Assembly: GCA_044349155.1 (NCBI GenBank)
Contig: JBIKRQ010000001.1
Location: forward strand, 6,418 to 70,417
DNA from: Myxococcota bacterium
GTDB lineage: Bacteria > Myxococcota > UBA727 > VGSZ01
Reading direction: 5' to 3'
Length of the DNA stretch: 64,000 nt
The notes under the pieces are model-generated. The model ran no database searches. It was not told the origin of the DNA and saw nothing but the letters and a program-made list of their open reading frames with translations. Within the stretch, counting starts at the first letter, position 1, and each line of letters begins with the position of its first letter. Both the position numbers and the translations under genes were made by a program. Below are positions 33,101 through 48,100 of the stretch, in pieces.

Positions 33101-36100
33101 TGTTGATGTCGAGGGGCAGCTCGTCATCTCGGTCGCCGACGTCATCGATCAAGACGCCCGCGCGGTGAAGGGCCTCGTGAACGTCGCCACGACGAACAAT
33201 CCGACGGCGGTCTTGTACCGCGCGAACCAACCGCGATCGCTGACGGAAGCGGCGACGTCGCACGCCCGCCCCGTGGGGATCGCCAACGGCCGCATTGTCA
33301 GTTTCGCTGGCGACAGCCTGCAAACGTTCGTTGTTCCGGCGCTGACCATTGTGGGCACAACGCCAGGCGACACAGCGTTGGCCGCAACAGACGCGGTGGT
33401 CTCGGTCCGCTTCAACACTGCTGTGGTGTCGTCGTCGGTGACCGCGACCTCGTTTGCGGTGCACGCTGGCGATCTCACGGGGCCAACCGTGCCGGGTGAG
33501 GTGCGTGTTGTTGGTGACCTGGTCACCTTCACGCCTGCGTCAACACTCGACGAAGCCGCCGGCTACACCGTCGTGCTCAAGGGCGGTGCGAGCGGCATCT
33601 CAGGTGAGCAGACGCACCTCCTCGCCGACCACAGCTTCCGTTTCCAGACCGCCACGTCGTCATCAGACGCCCCGACCATCGCACTCGTCAGCCCAGCGGC
33701 AGGCACGGTGCTTGGCGGGACCGAAGTCATGATCGCCGGCGCTGGCTTTCAACCGGGGGCCACCGTCGCGTTTGGCGTCGAAGCGTCGCCGGCTGTTCGC
33801 TTTGTGTCGCCTGGCGAGCTGCGCGCTGTGACGCCGCCCGGGCCGAGCGGCCCCGTCGCGATCACCGTCGTGAATCCCGACCAACAAGAAGACTCCGTTT
33901 TGGCAGGGTGGCTCTACCTCGACGGCGTTTCGGTCGGCGGGGTCGCGCCCAGCAGCGGGCACCTCGCAGGCGGCGATGATGTTGAGCTGACCGGCAGTGG
34001 CTTTGCTCCAGGCATGGCGGTGTGGTTCGACGACCAGCAGGCCTCAAACGTGCGCGTCGAATCAAGCGGCCGCGCGCTGGTCACCACGCCCCCGCACGCG
34101 TTTGGCCCGGCAGACATCGTCGTCGTGGTGGAGGGTGAGCAAGCGGTGCAGCCTGCTGGCTTCTTCTACTCAGACCTCAGCGTGAGCGCCCGCGTCTCGC
34201 GCTACGAGCCGGCGATCGATGGCTCGGTCCGCCCTGTCAACAAGCTGCCAGGGCGGTCCCTCGCGCTGACTGCTGGCCCCGCCGACGACGTCGTCGTGCT
34301 GGGAGCGGCTGCCATCAACACCGCCGCAGCAAACATCGCAACGTTGTTGTCGACGAGCCGCGCCGGCGCGGTCAACATCGTCGACCCCGCCGGTCCGGTC
34401 ATCGTCGGCGGCATCGATCTGCCGTTGCCATATGCGCCAACATCGATCGCAGTCTCGCGCGACGGCAGTACGGCGTGGGTGCTCGCAACGGGGGCCACCC
34501 TCGTCGATCTCGAGCTTGCTGGAGAAGGTCGCACGGCGCTGTTTGTGTTCGATCTCACCATGCCCACTGCGCCACAACTGGCGACGTCGTTGCAGGTGAG
34601 CCGCACTGGCACTGGCGCGGGCACGCTTGCGCTGATCGACGACGTGCTCTTTGCGGCACTCGGCTCTGACGGCGTCGGCGTGTTCAGCACCGCTGTGCCC
34701 ACGTCACCGACGTATCTTGGTGCTGTGCAAGGCTTCGTGGTCGCGGGGCGCTCCCGTGATCTTGTGGTCGACCACGTTGCTGCCGACGGTCCGCGCTTGC
34801 TTGCGGCGGACGCGCTCGCCGCCGTGTCGGTGGTGCTCGACACGACGCGCGCCGGCCTGCCTGTCCTGCGCGCCACCGGTGCGTCGTTCACTGCTGCAGC
34901 CTCGCGCGCAGACTTCATCTGGCGGGTTGTGCCCGCGGGACGCGACGCCACGCTCCTGCAGCGCCTCGCTGGCCAGCCAACATGGGCTGTGCAGGACACG
35001 CGCGGAGCGGCAATCGCAGGCACGCGTGCGAGTCACGCGAATCTGCTGGCGTCGACGAGTGCTGTGGCGTCGTCTGGTGAAGGAGGCGGAGCTCTCGAGC
35101 TCTTTGGCGCGCCAGATGCTGCCATGAAGCACATCGACGCCGTGTCGCTGTATCCGGCAGCGATGTTGACCGGCGTCCAGATTGCTGGCGGTCGCGCCGT
35201 CGTTGCCGTGCAGTCGTCGGTCACAGCCAATGAGCGCGAGTTGAGCAACGACGCACTCGTGATCGTCGACTTGCCCTTCCCGCTCGTGGTGGCCACAAGC
35301 CCCGCCGCGAACGCAACTTCGGTGTCGCCGGCGACATCGATCGACCTCACGTTCTCGCGCGACATCGACAACGTTGTTGCGACCCTGGTCGCACGCGATG
35401 GTTCTACCGATGGCCAGGCCGTCGATGTGTCGGTCTCGACCAGCGGCAAAGTCGTCCACCTGCAGCCACTGCAGTCGCTCGCGACCTCAACGAACTACGA
35501 GGTCAAGCTCACGTCGGCCATGTGCTGTGCGCGCGCGACATTGCCGGCTCCGTTCACGTTCCGCTTCACGACTGGCACTGTGGCGACGTCGAGCGAGCCG
35601 GTGATCGCGGCGCTCGCGCCACGCACGGGCAGCGTCGATGGCGGTGCTGCCGTCACCATCACGGGTCTTGGCTTCGAAGTCGGCGCCGTCGTCACCGTCG
35701 GTGGCGAGGTCGCGACCGTCGAGCATGTTGATGCCACGCAGATGCGCTTTGTGACTCCGCGCGGTGTTGCTGGGGCCGCAACTGTTGTTGTGACCAACCC
35801 GTCGGGGGCGCAGGCGACGCGAGTTGGCGGCCATATCTACCTCGACAACCTCGCGATCGACGCCCTCGAGCCCGCTCGTGGCTCTGTTGAAGGTGGCACC
35901 GAAGTGCTCGTGCGTGGGCGTGGTTTCGCGCTTGATAGCGACGTGACGGTGCATTTTGGTGCAACGCCGGCGCGCACGGTGCGAGTGCTCGGGCCGACCC
36001 TGCTGCGGGTCGTCACACCCGGCGGCACGCTCGGCTCTGTCGACGTCACGGTCGACAGTGGCGGCCAACGCGCCATTGCTGCCGCGGCCTTCACGTACGA

Positions 36101-39100
36101 CGCACCCACCGCCAACAGTGTCGAAGTCGGTGGCGTCGTGAGCGACATGGCGCTGGTGGGAGACTACCTCGTCGTTGCCGCGGGCACCGAAGGTCTCAAG
36201 GTGCTCGACACGACGGGGCGCTATCGCTTTGGGCCATTGGCAGGCACGTTGATTCCCCCCGAGCGACGCAGCCGTCTCGTCGACGAGAACGGCGATCGCA
36301 TCGACGACCGCGTTGTCGGGACGTGGTCAAGTGCTTCGCATGCAGTGCGACGTCTCGCGCGTGCGCCGGGGCATGGTGGCGATCGCCTGCTCGTCGGTGC
36401 GACCGCTGACTCGCTCGTGCGCGTGTTCGAACTCGATCTGAGTGCACCCGAAGCGCCGGCGCTGCAGCACGAAGAACTGGTCACCGGTGCGAAGGTGCTC
36501 GGAGACATCGACCTCGACGGCGAGCGCCTGCTCGTGGCGACGGATGTCGGCGTCGTTTCCTACGATGTCAGCGGCGCACCATTTGAAGTGGCACGCACAG
36601 CGACCTCGACGACGGCGCTGGCCGTGACCGGTGGCGTCGGCGCTTTCGGCAACAGCGCCGGCGCGACGCTGTTTGACGGGCACGCACCAGTCCCCAACGG
36701 CGGAACAGCATTTGCCGTCAACACGCGTGCGCTCGACGTTGCCGCAGACGGCTCGGTGGTCGCAGCGACCCCAACCGGCGTCGCCGTCTTCGGCTTCGGC
36801 ATGCCCCTGACGTCGTCGTTGTTCGCGACCGGCGCGTACGACATCGACCTCGTCAACGGGATCGCGCACGTGGCGAGCGGTTCCGATGGCGTTCGCGTGT
36901 TTGCCGTCGATCGCGGCAGGCTTGAGTCGCTCTATGCGATCGCCCCAGCGTCGAGCGGATCGGTTGAGGTCGTTGCCACCGACGGCCACCAGATTGCTTC
37001 GGCGCGTCGTGCCGACGGGCGCTGGTTCATCGACTGGACCCTGCACGGCGACCTCATGCTCACCAGCAGCAGCATCGCTCCCGATGCGGTGCTCGAGCAC
37101 GACCCCAGTCCCATCACCCTGTCGTTCTCGCGCCCCCTCGACGCCTCGACCGTGCCGTTGTCGACGACGTTGACCATCGGCAACGAGCGCATTTCCATCG
37201 CTGTCGCCGGTGGCAGCCTCGCTGCACCGGTGAGCACGCTCAGCATCGTCGCCGGCACGTTGCCATCCGGCGGTGTTGGTGAGCTTCGCATCGCGGGCTT
37301 GCGCTCCGTCGACGGTCGCACGCTCCGCCACGACATCGTCATCCCGGTGACCACGGCGCGCAGGGCAGGCGTGGCTCCCGTCCTCTCCACCGTCTCGCCC
37401 CGCCTGATTTCCACGAAAGGCGACACCGTCGTCGTCTTGTCAGGTCAGGCATTCGATGAGCCCGTCGTCACCATCGGCGGCTTCGAAGCAACAGTTGTGT
37501 CGTCGGAAGCGCGCGAGATCGTTGTGCAAGCGCCCGAGGGACCGCGTGGGCTCGCCGATGTTCAGGTGACAAATGCCAGCGGCCTGCACGACGAGCTTGT
37601 TGGTGGCTGCGTCTACGTCGAGCCAATCGCCGTCGACAGCGCAACGCCGCGGTTCCTGAATCCCCTCGGCGGTACGTTGGTGACCATCCGCGGCCATGGC
37701 TTCATGCGCGCGGGCCTTGAAGCTCCGACTGGGCCGACTGTGTTCTTCCGCGGCGTCCCTGCGGTGCAGGTGATCACGCGCTCCGACACGCTGCTGCAAG
37801 CTGTCGCTCCCGCAGGGACGTTCGGTCCTGTTCCCGTCGTGGTTCGCGACGCGGCTTCGAAGCGAGCCGAGGGCCCCGTGCTTGGCTACGGCCTGACCAG
37901 CACCCACAGCGAGCGCGTCAGCGGCACGACGGTGTCGTCGATCGATATCGACGAGAGTCAGCCTGGCTACGCCTTCGCCGCAGGCGGTGCGAGCAACGGT
38001 GGCAACCGCACACCACGCCCGTTCGTTGGTCCGCTCATGGGGGCAGGCACCATCCCGACGACGACGAGCGCCATTGGCTTTGACATCAGTGGCAGCAACG
38101 GCCCGAAGACAGCCCTCGCGGCATTCAGCGCGCTGTCGGACAATCCGGCGGAAGAAAACCTGCTCGCTGACCTCGTCATCGCGGTGCTGAGCTTCCGCAC
38201 GCCAAGAACCGTGGCGTTGCCTGATGTCGACCTCATGCCTGACAGCCACGACACGCTCGTCACCGGCGACCGCGTCCTGGTGGCGAATGGTGAAGCTGGG
38301 CTGGTGAGCCTGGCGATGACCGGCGAGGGCACCACGGCGTCGTTCTTCCGAGAGAGCTCGACGCAAGCACAGCTCGCCCGACGCGTGGCGCTCCGTGGGC
38401 ACACGGCACTGGTGACGGGCATCGAGATGGGCGTCGACCCACCACCTGACGACCAGGACGGCTGCAACGGAACGAAGCCTGCAAAGAATCAGGACGGGAC
38501 TGTTCAGATCGTCGATCTGCGCCAAGCCAACGACCCGGTCACCGTTGGTGCGCTCGCTGGCGGTAACGCCATCGACGTCGCCGTGGCCCGCGCAGGCCAT
38601 GCCGCAGTCTTGTCATCGTCGCTGAAGGGGGTGCTGTACTGCCCACCGAGTGCGGCGCAGATCGCCTCGGGCAACCCGCTGCCACAACCGCCAGAGTGGT
38701 CGCTCGACGTGCTCCCCGGTCACAACACCTGGAACCAGTCGTGGGCACGCATCGATGTGCTCGGCGCTGTGTCAACAAACGCCGTGCTCAAGGCGCAACT
38801 GTCGCTGACCGAAGACGCCGCAGACGTGGTGTGGATCACCGATCGCGTGCTTGCTGTCGCCGTCGAAAGCGGCGTTCGCTTCTACGACGTTGGCGCGCGA
38901 CTCACACAGGTCGCCTTCGTGCCCTTCGACGAAACGCTGATGGCCGTACCCGGCAAACCAAACGCGCTCGAACTCGTTGGCGACGTCCTGTTTGTCGCCT
39001 CGCGCGGTGGCGGCGTGGTCTTGATCGACGTGCGCAAGCCGACCGTTCCTGACGTGCTCTCGGCGGGCAACACGGAAAACGCCATCGACGTCGATGTGTT

Positions 39101-42100
39101 TGGCGACCGAGCCTACGTCGCTGGTGGGGCCTCGCTCGTTGAACTCGCAATGCCGTTCATGCTCGCCACCGGGAGCGCGCCGGCGCGCGACGAACGCGTT
39201 GCGCCCACGGCGGCACCGCTGCGCGTGTATCTCAACCGGCCCGTTGCGGGCTTCGCGCCGTCGACGGTGGTGCTCACAGGACCTGCAGGGCGCGTTGAAA
39301 TCGATGTCACCACCGAGCGCGACAATGCGCGCGAGCGCCACGCCGTGGTGGCAACGCCCAGAGCGCCGCTTGCCCCAGAGACCAGCTACGAACTCACAGT
39401 CGGCACCACGTTGACCGATACCCAGGGTGGGCGCCTGCTTCTCCCCTGGACGACGTCGTTCACGACCGGCCCTGCGGGCACGTTGCAGCCCTCGATCGAC
39501 GAGGTCAGGCCGCTGTTTGCGAGCGCTGGCGACGTCGTGACCGTGTCAGGCACCAACTTGACCGGCGTCAAGCACGTTCGCATCGGCGGTGTTGCTGCGT
39601 CGTTCGATATCGTCGACGGCGCGCTTGCGGTTGTTGTGCCGCAGCTTGCTGCCGGCTCCCACGATGTCGAAGTCGTCGACGCCGGTGGCCCGACCGCTAC
39701 CGAACCCCAGGGCCTGTTGGTGCTGGCGCCACTTGAGCCGGCCACCGTTTCTCCTGCGCATGGCCCGCTCGCTGGTGGCACCAGGGTGACACTCACGTTC
39801 CCGCGCGCGAGTCTCGCACCGGGGAGTTCGATCACGATCGGGGACGTTGCTGGCGTCGCCGTCGATGTCGACACGTTGATGGTGGTGACGTTCGCGACGC
39901 CGCAGAGAGACCTCGCAGGGCTTGTCCGCGTCGCTGTCACGCGGCCGGGCGAAGCGCCCGTCGTCGTGGGCTCCTTTGCGTACGAGACGCCCGAACAGCT
40001 GAGCATCGACCTCCCTGGCTACCCAGATCGCGTGGCCAGCGACATCGCGTTGCGCGCAACGCGGCTGTTCGTCGCCTCGGATGCGAGCGGCTACTTCGGC
40101 GCCGACATCATGGATATCTCGCTGCCGGAGCGCCCGCTGCGTCGCGGCTCACTTGTGACGACGGCACCCGTGCACGGCCTCGACGTGCGCGACGACCTGT
40201 TGGCCCTTGCTGTTGACGAGCGCGGCGTCCAACTGGTCGACGTGTTCGACGAAAACGCCCCATTTGTTGTGCGGGAGGTGCCGGTCTTTGGTCGCGCCAC
40301 CGACGTGCGTTTCCGCGAACAATCGCTGTGGGTCACCACCAGCGTCGACGGCGCTGCTGGCGGGTTCTTGCAGGAGGTCTCGCTGACCTCACAGCCAACC
40401 ACATTGCGCGCGATCGAATTTGACGAGGACGTTCTCGCTGTCGATGAAGGACTCGACGGCCTCGCGGTCCTCACGTCTGACATCACCGCAACGGGTGCTG
40501 ATGGGCTGACGCTTCGTCTGTTGGATGCAAACGGTGCGACGACGAACTCGATCGCCGTCGACGCAGGCGTCGCGAGTGTGGCGGACCGCGTCCGCAGCCG
40601 TCTGCTGCTGCTGCCGGGGCGCGCCTACGTCACGATTGGCAACCAGGTGCAGGTCTACTCGACCAGCCCATTGACGCTGCTCGAGACCAAGGTGGTCGGC
40701 GTGCGCACCGCTGGCCTCACGCGACAGGGAGCGCTCGTCTACGTCGCCTCGGCAGCAGAGGCGACACTCACCGCCCTCGAGGTCTCGCGCTTCCAGGTGT
40801 TCAACGTCGCGCCACGTGGGCTTGCACAGGCAAGCACCGCTGTGAGTGCCGAGGTAAGCCAACCCATCAGCGCACGGAGCCTGTCGCCCACATCGATGCC
40901 GGTGACGAGCGCGTTTGGTGCCGTCGATGGAACGCACGAGGTCACGTTCGACGTGCGCGGCGCCGTCGCCACCTTCACACCGCAAGGTCTGCTGCCGGCG
41001 CGTGTGACGGCGTCACTCACGACCGACCTGCGCTCGTTCAGCGCGGAACCGCTCGCAACGCCTGTCTCGTGGTCGTTCACCACGGTCGACGGCGACCAAC
41101 CAACGATCACGTCGGTGACACCGCACACCGTGTCGATCGATGCGCCGTTTCTCCTCGCGATTGACGGCAGCGGCTTCAACGAAGCGTCGCGCGTGTTCAT
41201 CGGCGACCAGGAGTGGCCGGCCACGCTCGTTGGCGACGGGCACCTCGAGGTCGACCTCGAAGGACTCGGCAACGAAGGCCTGTACGCTGTCGAGGTGGTC
41301 GATGCCTCGGGGCTTCGCGCTCGGCGCGACGCTGCGATCCGCGTCGACGACAACCTCACGCTGATTGCGTTGTCGCCCACCAGCGGTCCGCTGATGGGTA
41401 CAAACACCGTCACGCTGACGGGCCGTGGCTTCCGACCTGGTATGGCCGTGGTGTTCGGCGCGACGGCTTCCTTCCTGGTGAGCGTCGATTCGAGCCGCAG
41501 CGCGCGCGCCATCGTCCCGCCGGGCACAAGCGGCCTCGTCGACGTCACCGTGCAGGTCACGCAGGAGCAGGCGCAGTTGCCGGCGGCCTACCGCTACGGG
41601 TCTGGTGCGGTTGCCACGGTCACGTCTCCACCGCTTGCTGACGTTGCGCTTCACGGCACCGACATCTGGACTGCAGCGGGCGGTGCGCTCACCCGCGAAG
41701 GCGTCACGATTGGTCAGCCGCGCGGCATGATCGTCGGTTGGGATGCGTCGGAACCAAACGCACTTCGTCAGTACCAGGGCGTCATCGACGTTGGCGGTAG
41801 CGGTGTCGAGCACCTCGTCGTCGTCGACGACCTCCTCTACGCAGCTGCGGGGACCGCCGGTGTTCAGCTGGTCGACATCAGTGTGACCGACCGCGCTGCT
41901 GTCGTGGCGACGGCTGCTGGCGACGGTGCTGTGCACGACGTCGTGGTTCGCGATGACATCGTTCTCGCTGCTGACGACGCTGGCATCAGCCAGTTGCTGC
42001 GAACGCCCGCAGGGCTTGTTGCGCTTGGTCGTGTCAGCATTGCTGGCGGTGTTCGTCGCCTCGCGGTTGCGCGCAATCTTGTTGTGGCGTCGGCAGCCGA

Positions 42101-45100
42101 TGGAACGCTGCTCGTCGTCGACGCCCGTCGTGGCGATCTTCGCGTGCTTGGGCGCCTCCCGCTCGGCAGCGCCGCCACCGACATCGAGGTTGATGGCAAC
42201 CGGGCGTTCGTGGCACTCGGTGCACAAGGCATGGTGCAGATCGTCGATCTCACCGAGCCCACCGCACCAGCGCCCATCGGCACCGTCGTGTTGCAGGGTG
42301 ACGCCGAGGCCTGGGACGTCGACGTCACGATGGACACGATCCTCGTCGCCGCGGGCGCAGGTGCCATCCAGCGCTTCAGTGTGCCCGTTGGGGCGCAGCC
42401 GGCGTGGGTCGAAACGTTGTCGCTCAACGACGACGTCCGCAGCTTCGAACGTCGCGGACAACGTTTGTTCGCAGCAACGGTCTACCCGCTGCGCGCCGGC
42501 GAGCGGCTCGCCGCTGGAACGCCGTTGACGGTGAGCGACAAACTCAGCGGTGCCGTCGTCACCGTCAGCACCGAACATCTCGAAGTGCTCGAACTCAACC
42601 CCACCACCATCGACCCCATTGCTCCGAATGCGGCGTTGACGGTCGCGCTCGGAGAGCAGCTCAGTCCCTCGTCGCGTGCTGGCATCAGTCTGCACACCGA
42701 CGCTGGCGCGCTTGAGCCGCTGCGAACCCAACGCGTCGATGCGACGCGCATCCTTGTCGACGTGTCGACGGGCTCGACACTTCCAGCAGGGCAGGCCGTG
42801 CAACTCACCCTTGCTGGTCTCAAAGGTTTGTCGACGTCGACACAGCCGGTCACCCAGCGGGCCACGTGGCAGACTGGTACGCGTCCCAACGAGAGCGCGC
42901 CCGCCATCACCGAGGTCTCCCCCGCGGTCGCCCCGCTCGCCGGCGCACCGTTGCACATTCGTGGCGCAGCGTTGCCCGCAGACGCCACGGTGACAATTGG
43001 TGGCGCCGTAGCCGTCGCGATGTCGTCGTCGAGAGCTGACGACCTGGTGGTGCTTGCACCGGCTGGTGTTGAAGGCGCCGCGACGGTCGAGGTGACCACG
43101 CCCGGTGGTCTCGTCGCGCGCCGCTGGGGCGGCGTGCGTTACCTGCGTTCACCCACCATCACGACGGTGCAGCCGACGTCGCAGCCGTTCAACAGCCGCG
43201 GCGCGGTCGTGGTGAAAGGCACGGGCTTGTCGAGTGCTTCGGTCGTGCGCTTTGGCGCAGTGCCGGCGCGCACCACGTCGCAGCAGGCTGATGGCTCGTT
43301 GCTGGTCACCATCCCTGACGACGTCATCGGTGATGTGAGCGTGACGGTTGCGAACCCTGGCGATGTTGCCATCGCAACCGCCGCAACCGCGTTCACGTTT
43401 ACGCTCACGTCGCACAGCACGATCCCGGTGGATGGTCAGCGCGTGGCCGCCCGTGGCCGCCGTCTTGCCATCGCAGACGCCACCCGCGTTCATCTCTACG
43501 ACACGACTGTTCCAACAGCAGTGCGCGAACTCGCAACCGTGACGTTGGGCGCATCGGCGCTCGACCTTGAGCTCGACGACGACTCGATCGTCGCAGTCAC
43601 GTCGTCTGCGCTCTACCGCTGGTCCCTTGCGCGTTGCACACCATCGTCGTGCATACTCGGTGCACCAGAAGTCACGACGTACGTTGGTGGCAATCACGTG
43701 GCCGTCGGCACCGCAGACGATCGCCTCGTGATGGCCGTTACCGATGGAGATGAGGCGACCCTCTTTGCCTCGATCGATGGTGTCTTCGACGTCGTCGCCA
43801 GCACCGTGCTCGAAGCGCCGATCGCCGAACTCGCCGTCACCACCGCTGGCATCGTGGCGTTGACCGACGCAACGCCGGCTTCGTTGTTGCTCCTCGATAG
43901 CACCAATGGCTTGCTCGACGTGATCGAACGCCGTGAACTCACCGGTGATGCCGTCGCGCTCAGCACGTTTGGCACCCAGGTGGCCGCGCTCACGACGACG
44001 GGCTTCGTCGTGGTCGATGTCGACGGCGCCATTGCTCCTGTGAGTGCTGGTACCGCAGTGGGCGGATCGATTGCGTTGCACGGACCAGTGCTGGCGATCG
44101 CTGGCGCCAACACCAGCCTGTTCGACGTCACGACCTCCACGGCGCGGCATTTGTCATTCACACCGACCTGGTCGCGCGGTGTTGCCTTCAGCAACGGCAC
44201 CCTCGTGGCGCTGAGCAGCACCGCTGCTGTCCTGGCGCTGCCGTACGCCGTCCCCGCGTCTTCGACACCGTTGCCTGGTGGCGCGCTCGTCGTTGGTGAG
44301 CCCGTGACCATTGCACTCGGTACCGAGGCACCTGTCACCACCGTGTTGGGCGGCTTCGTCAACCTCGGTGTGGCACAGCACCAACTCACCACGGCGTCGT
44401 CGTTCGGCGCTGTCGCCAATGTACCCGTGGTCGGATCGTTCGCGGCATCGGTGCAGTTCGGGGCCTGGCCAGTCAACAACAGTGCCTTCGGCAGCCCCTG
44501 GCGCTTTGGCTGGCACGCCGTCGACGGTGTGCCGCACACGCTGACGTCGGTCACTCCCGATCATGGTCCGCAGGCTGGCGGCACCGTCGTCGCACTCAGC
44601 GGGCAGGGGATCGGCACGGCCACGCGGCTCGAGGTCGGCGGCGACGTCGTCGCCTTCACGCCCACCCTCGAAGGCATCGAGTTCGTCACGCCGGCAGCGC
44701 GCGCCGCGGGCCCGGTTGACATCGTCGTCACGACGCCGACCGGCACGCTTCGCGCCGATGCCGCGTTTGCGTACATCGCGCCGCTCACGCTCTCCACCAT
44801 CACGCCCGCTGTCGTCGACAACCTCGGTGGGTCGGTGGAACTGCGCGGCAGCGGCTTCACCCGCGGTGCCAGGGTCACCATCGACAATGTTGCTGTCGCC
44901 GCTACCTTCGTGTCGTCGACCGCACTGCAGGTTGCAGTGCCTGCCGGGCCGAACGCAGCGCTCGCCGTGACGGTGACGCAACCGGGCGTCGCCAGTGTCA
45001 CACGCAGCGATCTGCTGCAGCGCGACGACCGCCACGGTCCTGTCGTCGTCAACCTCCTGCCTGCCGACCGGCCCGTGTCGCCGACGTCGTCGTTGCAGCT

Positions 45101-48100
45101 CGTGTTCGACGAACCCGTCGGCGTGCCGCTGTCACCGATCGTCCTTGCGGGCGTCAGCCTTGCGCCACAGCGGTCAAGCGTCGACCCGCGCGTCGTCGAA
45201 CTCAACAACGCAACGCTGCCATCGTCTGGCTCGATGAACCTCGTTGTTCGGGCGCAGCGCGACCTGCTTGGCAACGCCGGCACCGAGAAGGCGATCGTCT
45301 TCCGCGTTCAGGACGTCGAGAAGCCAACACTGTCATTGCGTCGCCAAGGCGCCGCCGTCGTTGACGGCACGCCGTTTGCGCGCGGCCTGCCGTGGACGTT
45401 CAGCCTGAATGTGAACGACGACAGCCACGTCGTCAGCAGCCTCGTCGTCACCATCGACGGCGTGGTTGTCGCCAACCGCACTGGGGTCTCCGATCAGACC
45501 CTGGAGTTCACCTGGGCGTGGCCGCAAGCGACCATCGCCGACTCCACGAGCCACATTGCCATCACGGCGATCGACGCTGCACACAACCAGCGCGACCTCG
45601 GCGTCAACGTCCGCGTCACCGCCGACAATCCGCCCGCCGCCCCCACGATCGTGTTCTCCACCGCGAGCCCGCAGGACGCTGAACCAGTCGTCGTCGACGT
45701 CGCGTCTATCGATGACATCGCGATTGCCCGATTGGTGCTCACGGTCGACGGTCAGGTTGTTTCCGACGGCTCCAACCAGACCACGTCGGTGCGCCAGCGC
45801 TTCAGTGCGGGCGACCACGTGATCACCGCACGAGCAACGGACAACGGTGGTCAAACCAGTCCGCTGGCGTCGCGCACCATCTCGGTGTCCGCCGACACCA
45901 CCCCGCCGCAGATTTCGCTGCTCGCGCCGGTGGCGACGGCACGTCTGCCAAAGGATCGGCAGGTCACCATCGACCTCGACGTCACCGATACCGGAGGCGT
46001 TGGCTCGGTCGAGCTGCGCACTGCCGGGGTCAGTCGCACCCTCTCGGCGCCGCCGTGGCGCTTCGACGTCATGCCAGACAGCTCAACGCTCCAGGTCGAC
46101 GTCACTGCCCTCGACACGCGCGGCAACCACAACACGCGCCAGTTCACCTGGCAGACCACAGAAGCTCCTGGCTCGCTGCGTCTCACCTCGCCCGCCGGCG
46201 ATGCGCGCATCAACGAGCACAGCACGCTGACCATCGCCGGTACGGCGAGTGCCGCGACGGTGAGGGTTGATGCGTTTGGCGAAACGGTTGAGGTCGCTGT
46301 TGACGGTGGTCGGTTTGCCACCACGCGCCTGGCGCCAACGGTCGTCGAGGACGAAGTTGCTGTCATCTCTGTCGGCGATGGTCGCAACACTGCCGCGCGC
46401 ACGGTTCGCATCGTGAACGTCGACGAGGCCACCGGCGAACTCCACGTCCTTCGCTGGCCCAATGGCGCGCCGCTGTTGGCCGGCACGCGCCTCGACGTCG
46501 CTCAAACCGTGTCGGTTCCCGCCACGCCGTCGACGAGCATCGTGCAGGACGCTGTCGTGATCGGCAGCGGCGACAGCACGGCCTCGGCGACCACGACATC
46601 GGATGCGCACGACGTCACCATCGTCGCCGCTGCCATCACGACGGCCGCAGGCACCGCGCTGTCAGCGGCCGAAAACGTCGCCGTCACGCCATGGCTCACC
46701 ACTGAGAGCAACAACGTCATCGAGTTCGACGACCGCACAGCAGAAGTGGTCACCGTCGATGCCGACACCTCGGGAGCCACCACGCTGGCGCTCGGGCGGA
46801 CCTCGGGAGGTCGCGCGCTGCTCGCGAACGCCAGCGCGCACATCGACTTCGCCGGCGACCCTGTTGGCCTCGTCTCCGCGGGCGACGCCGTGCTCGTTGT
46901 CATCAATCACCAGGGCAGCACCCAGGTGCAGCGTCGTCGACGCGACACGCTTGCCCTCACCGGCACCACGACCATCGCCGGCACCACCAACGCGGTGGTC
47001 GAGGCGGTTGGCCTGGTTGCGCTTGGGCAGGATGACGGTCTCGTTGTCATTCGCCCTGACGGCACGGAGCTTCAACGTCACGTGTTGGGGGCGATCACCG
47101 CCCTCGCCAGCACAGGCAACAAGGTCACCGCGGTCGTTGACGCCGCAGATGTTGTCGACCTCGACGTCCTCACCGGCACCGTGAGCGCCGTTGCGCCGGC
47201 AACAGCGACATGGCCACAGCCGATCGATGCCGTCGCCGGTGCAGGCACAACGTTGTGCGTCCTCGGCGGTGCCAACGCCACTGACATCGTCTGCGCCGAC
47301 AACGCTGCGGTCGAGTTGCCGCTCCCAGCGCGATCGCTCTCGCGCTTTGGGCCACACCTGTTGGTGCACGGTCTGGCCGACACATCGTTGTTGGTTGGTG
47401 GGGCTGCGGTGTTCTCCACTGAAGACGAAGGCGTCGTCGTCAGCGGCGATCGCTGGTTCTTCACGCGCAACAACACCGTGCACATGCGCCGCCTGCACCG
47501 CGCCGCTCCGGCGTCGGTGGAACTCTCGGGAACAATCCCAACGACGATGGCAGCGACCACCACCGCCGCCAGCGGCCTGACCGTCAGCAGCAACAGCGAT
47601 GTTGTCGATGTCGTCACCGTTGATGTGTTCGTCGATGGCGGCCGCGTCGCTCGCGCCTTCAACGGCGTTCCGGCGCTGCCATCGATCGCCGCTGGCGCGC
47701 ACGAGGTCACCATCTGCGCGACGTCGGTGTCGGGCGCTCAGAGCTGCCGCAACAGCACCACCACGTTTGAGCCCACCGCGCCCGCCATCACCGCGTGGCG
47801 CGTAGCGACAACGGCCACAGCCGGCGGCGTCGTCAACCTCGAGTTCGTGCTGCAGGGCGCCGTCGCGGCCGTCGTTGTCGACGTCAACGGTGTCGACCAG
47901 GGCACGGGCACACCATTGCAGCAACGCGAAGTTGTCATGCCGTCTGCTGCGGGCTCGGTCGTGGTCGGCGCGGTCCCTGTGGCTGCCGATGGCACCCGCG
48001 GCGCGCGGGTCACGTCCACGATCGCGGTGGTCGCAGCAACGTCTGCCCCAACGTTCGAGCTCGTGCGCGACGGGAGCGGAGCCATCGCCGAAGGCACGCC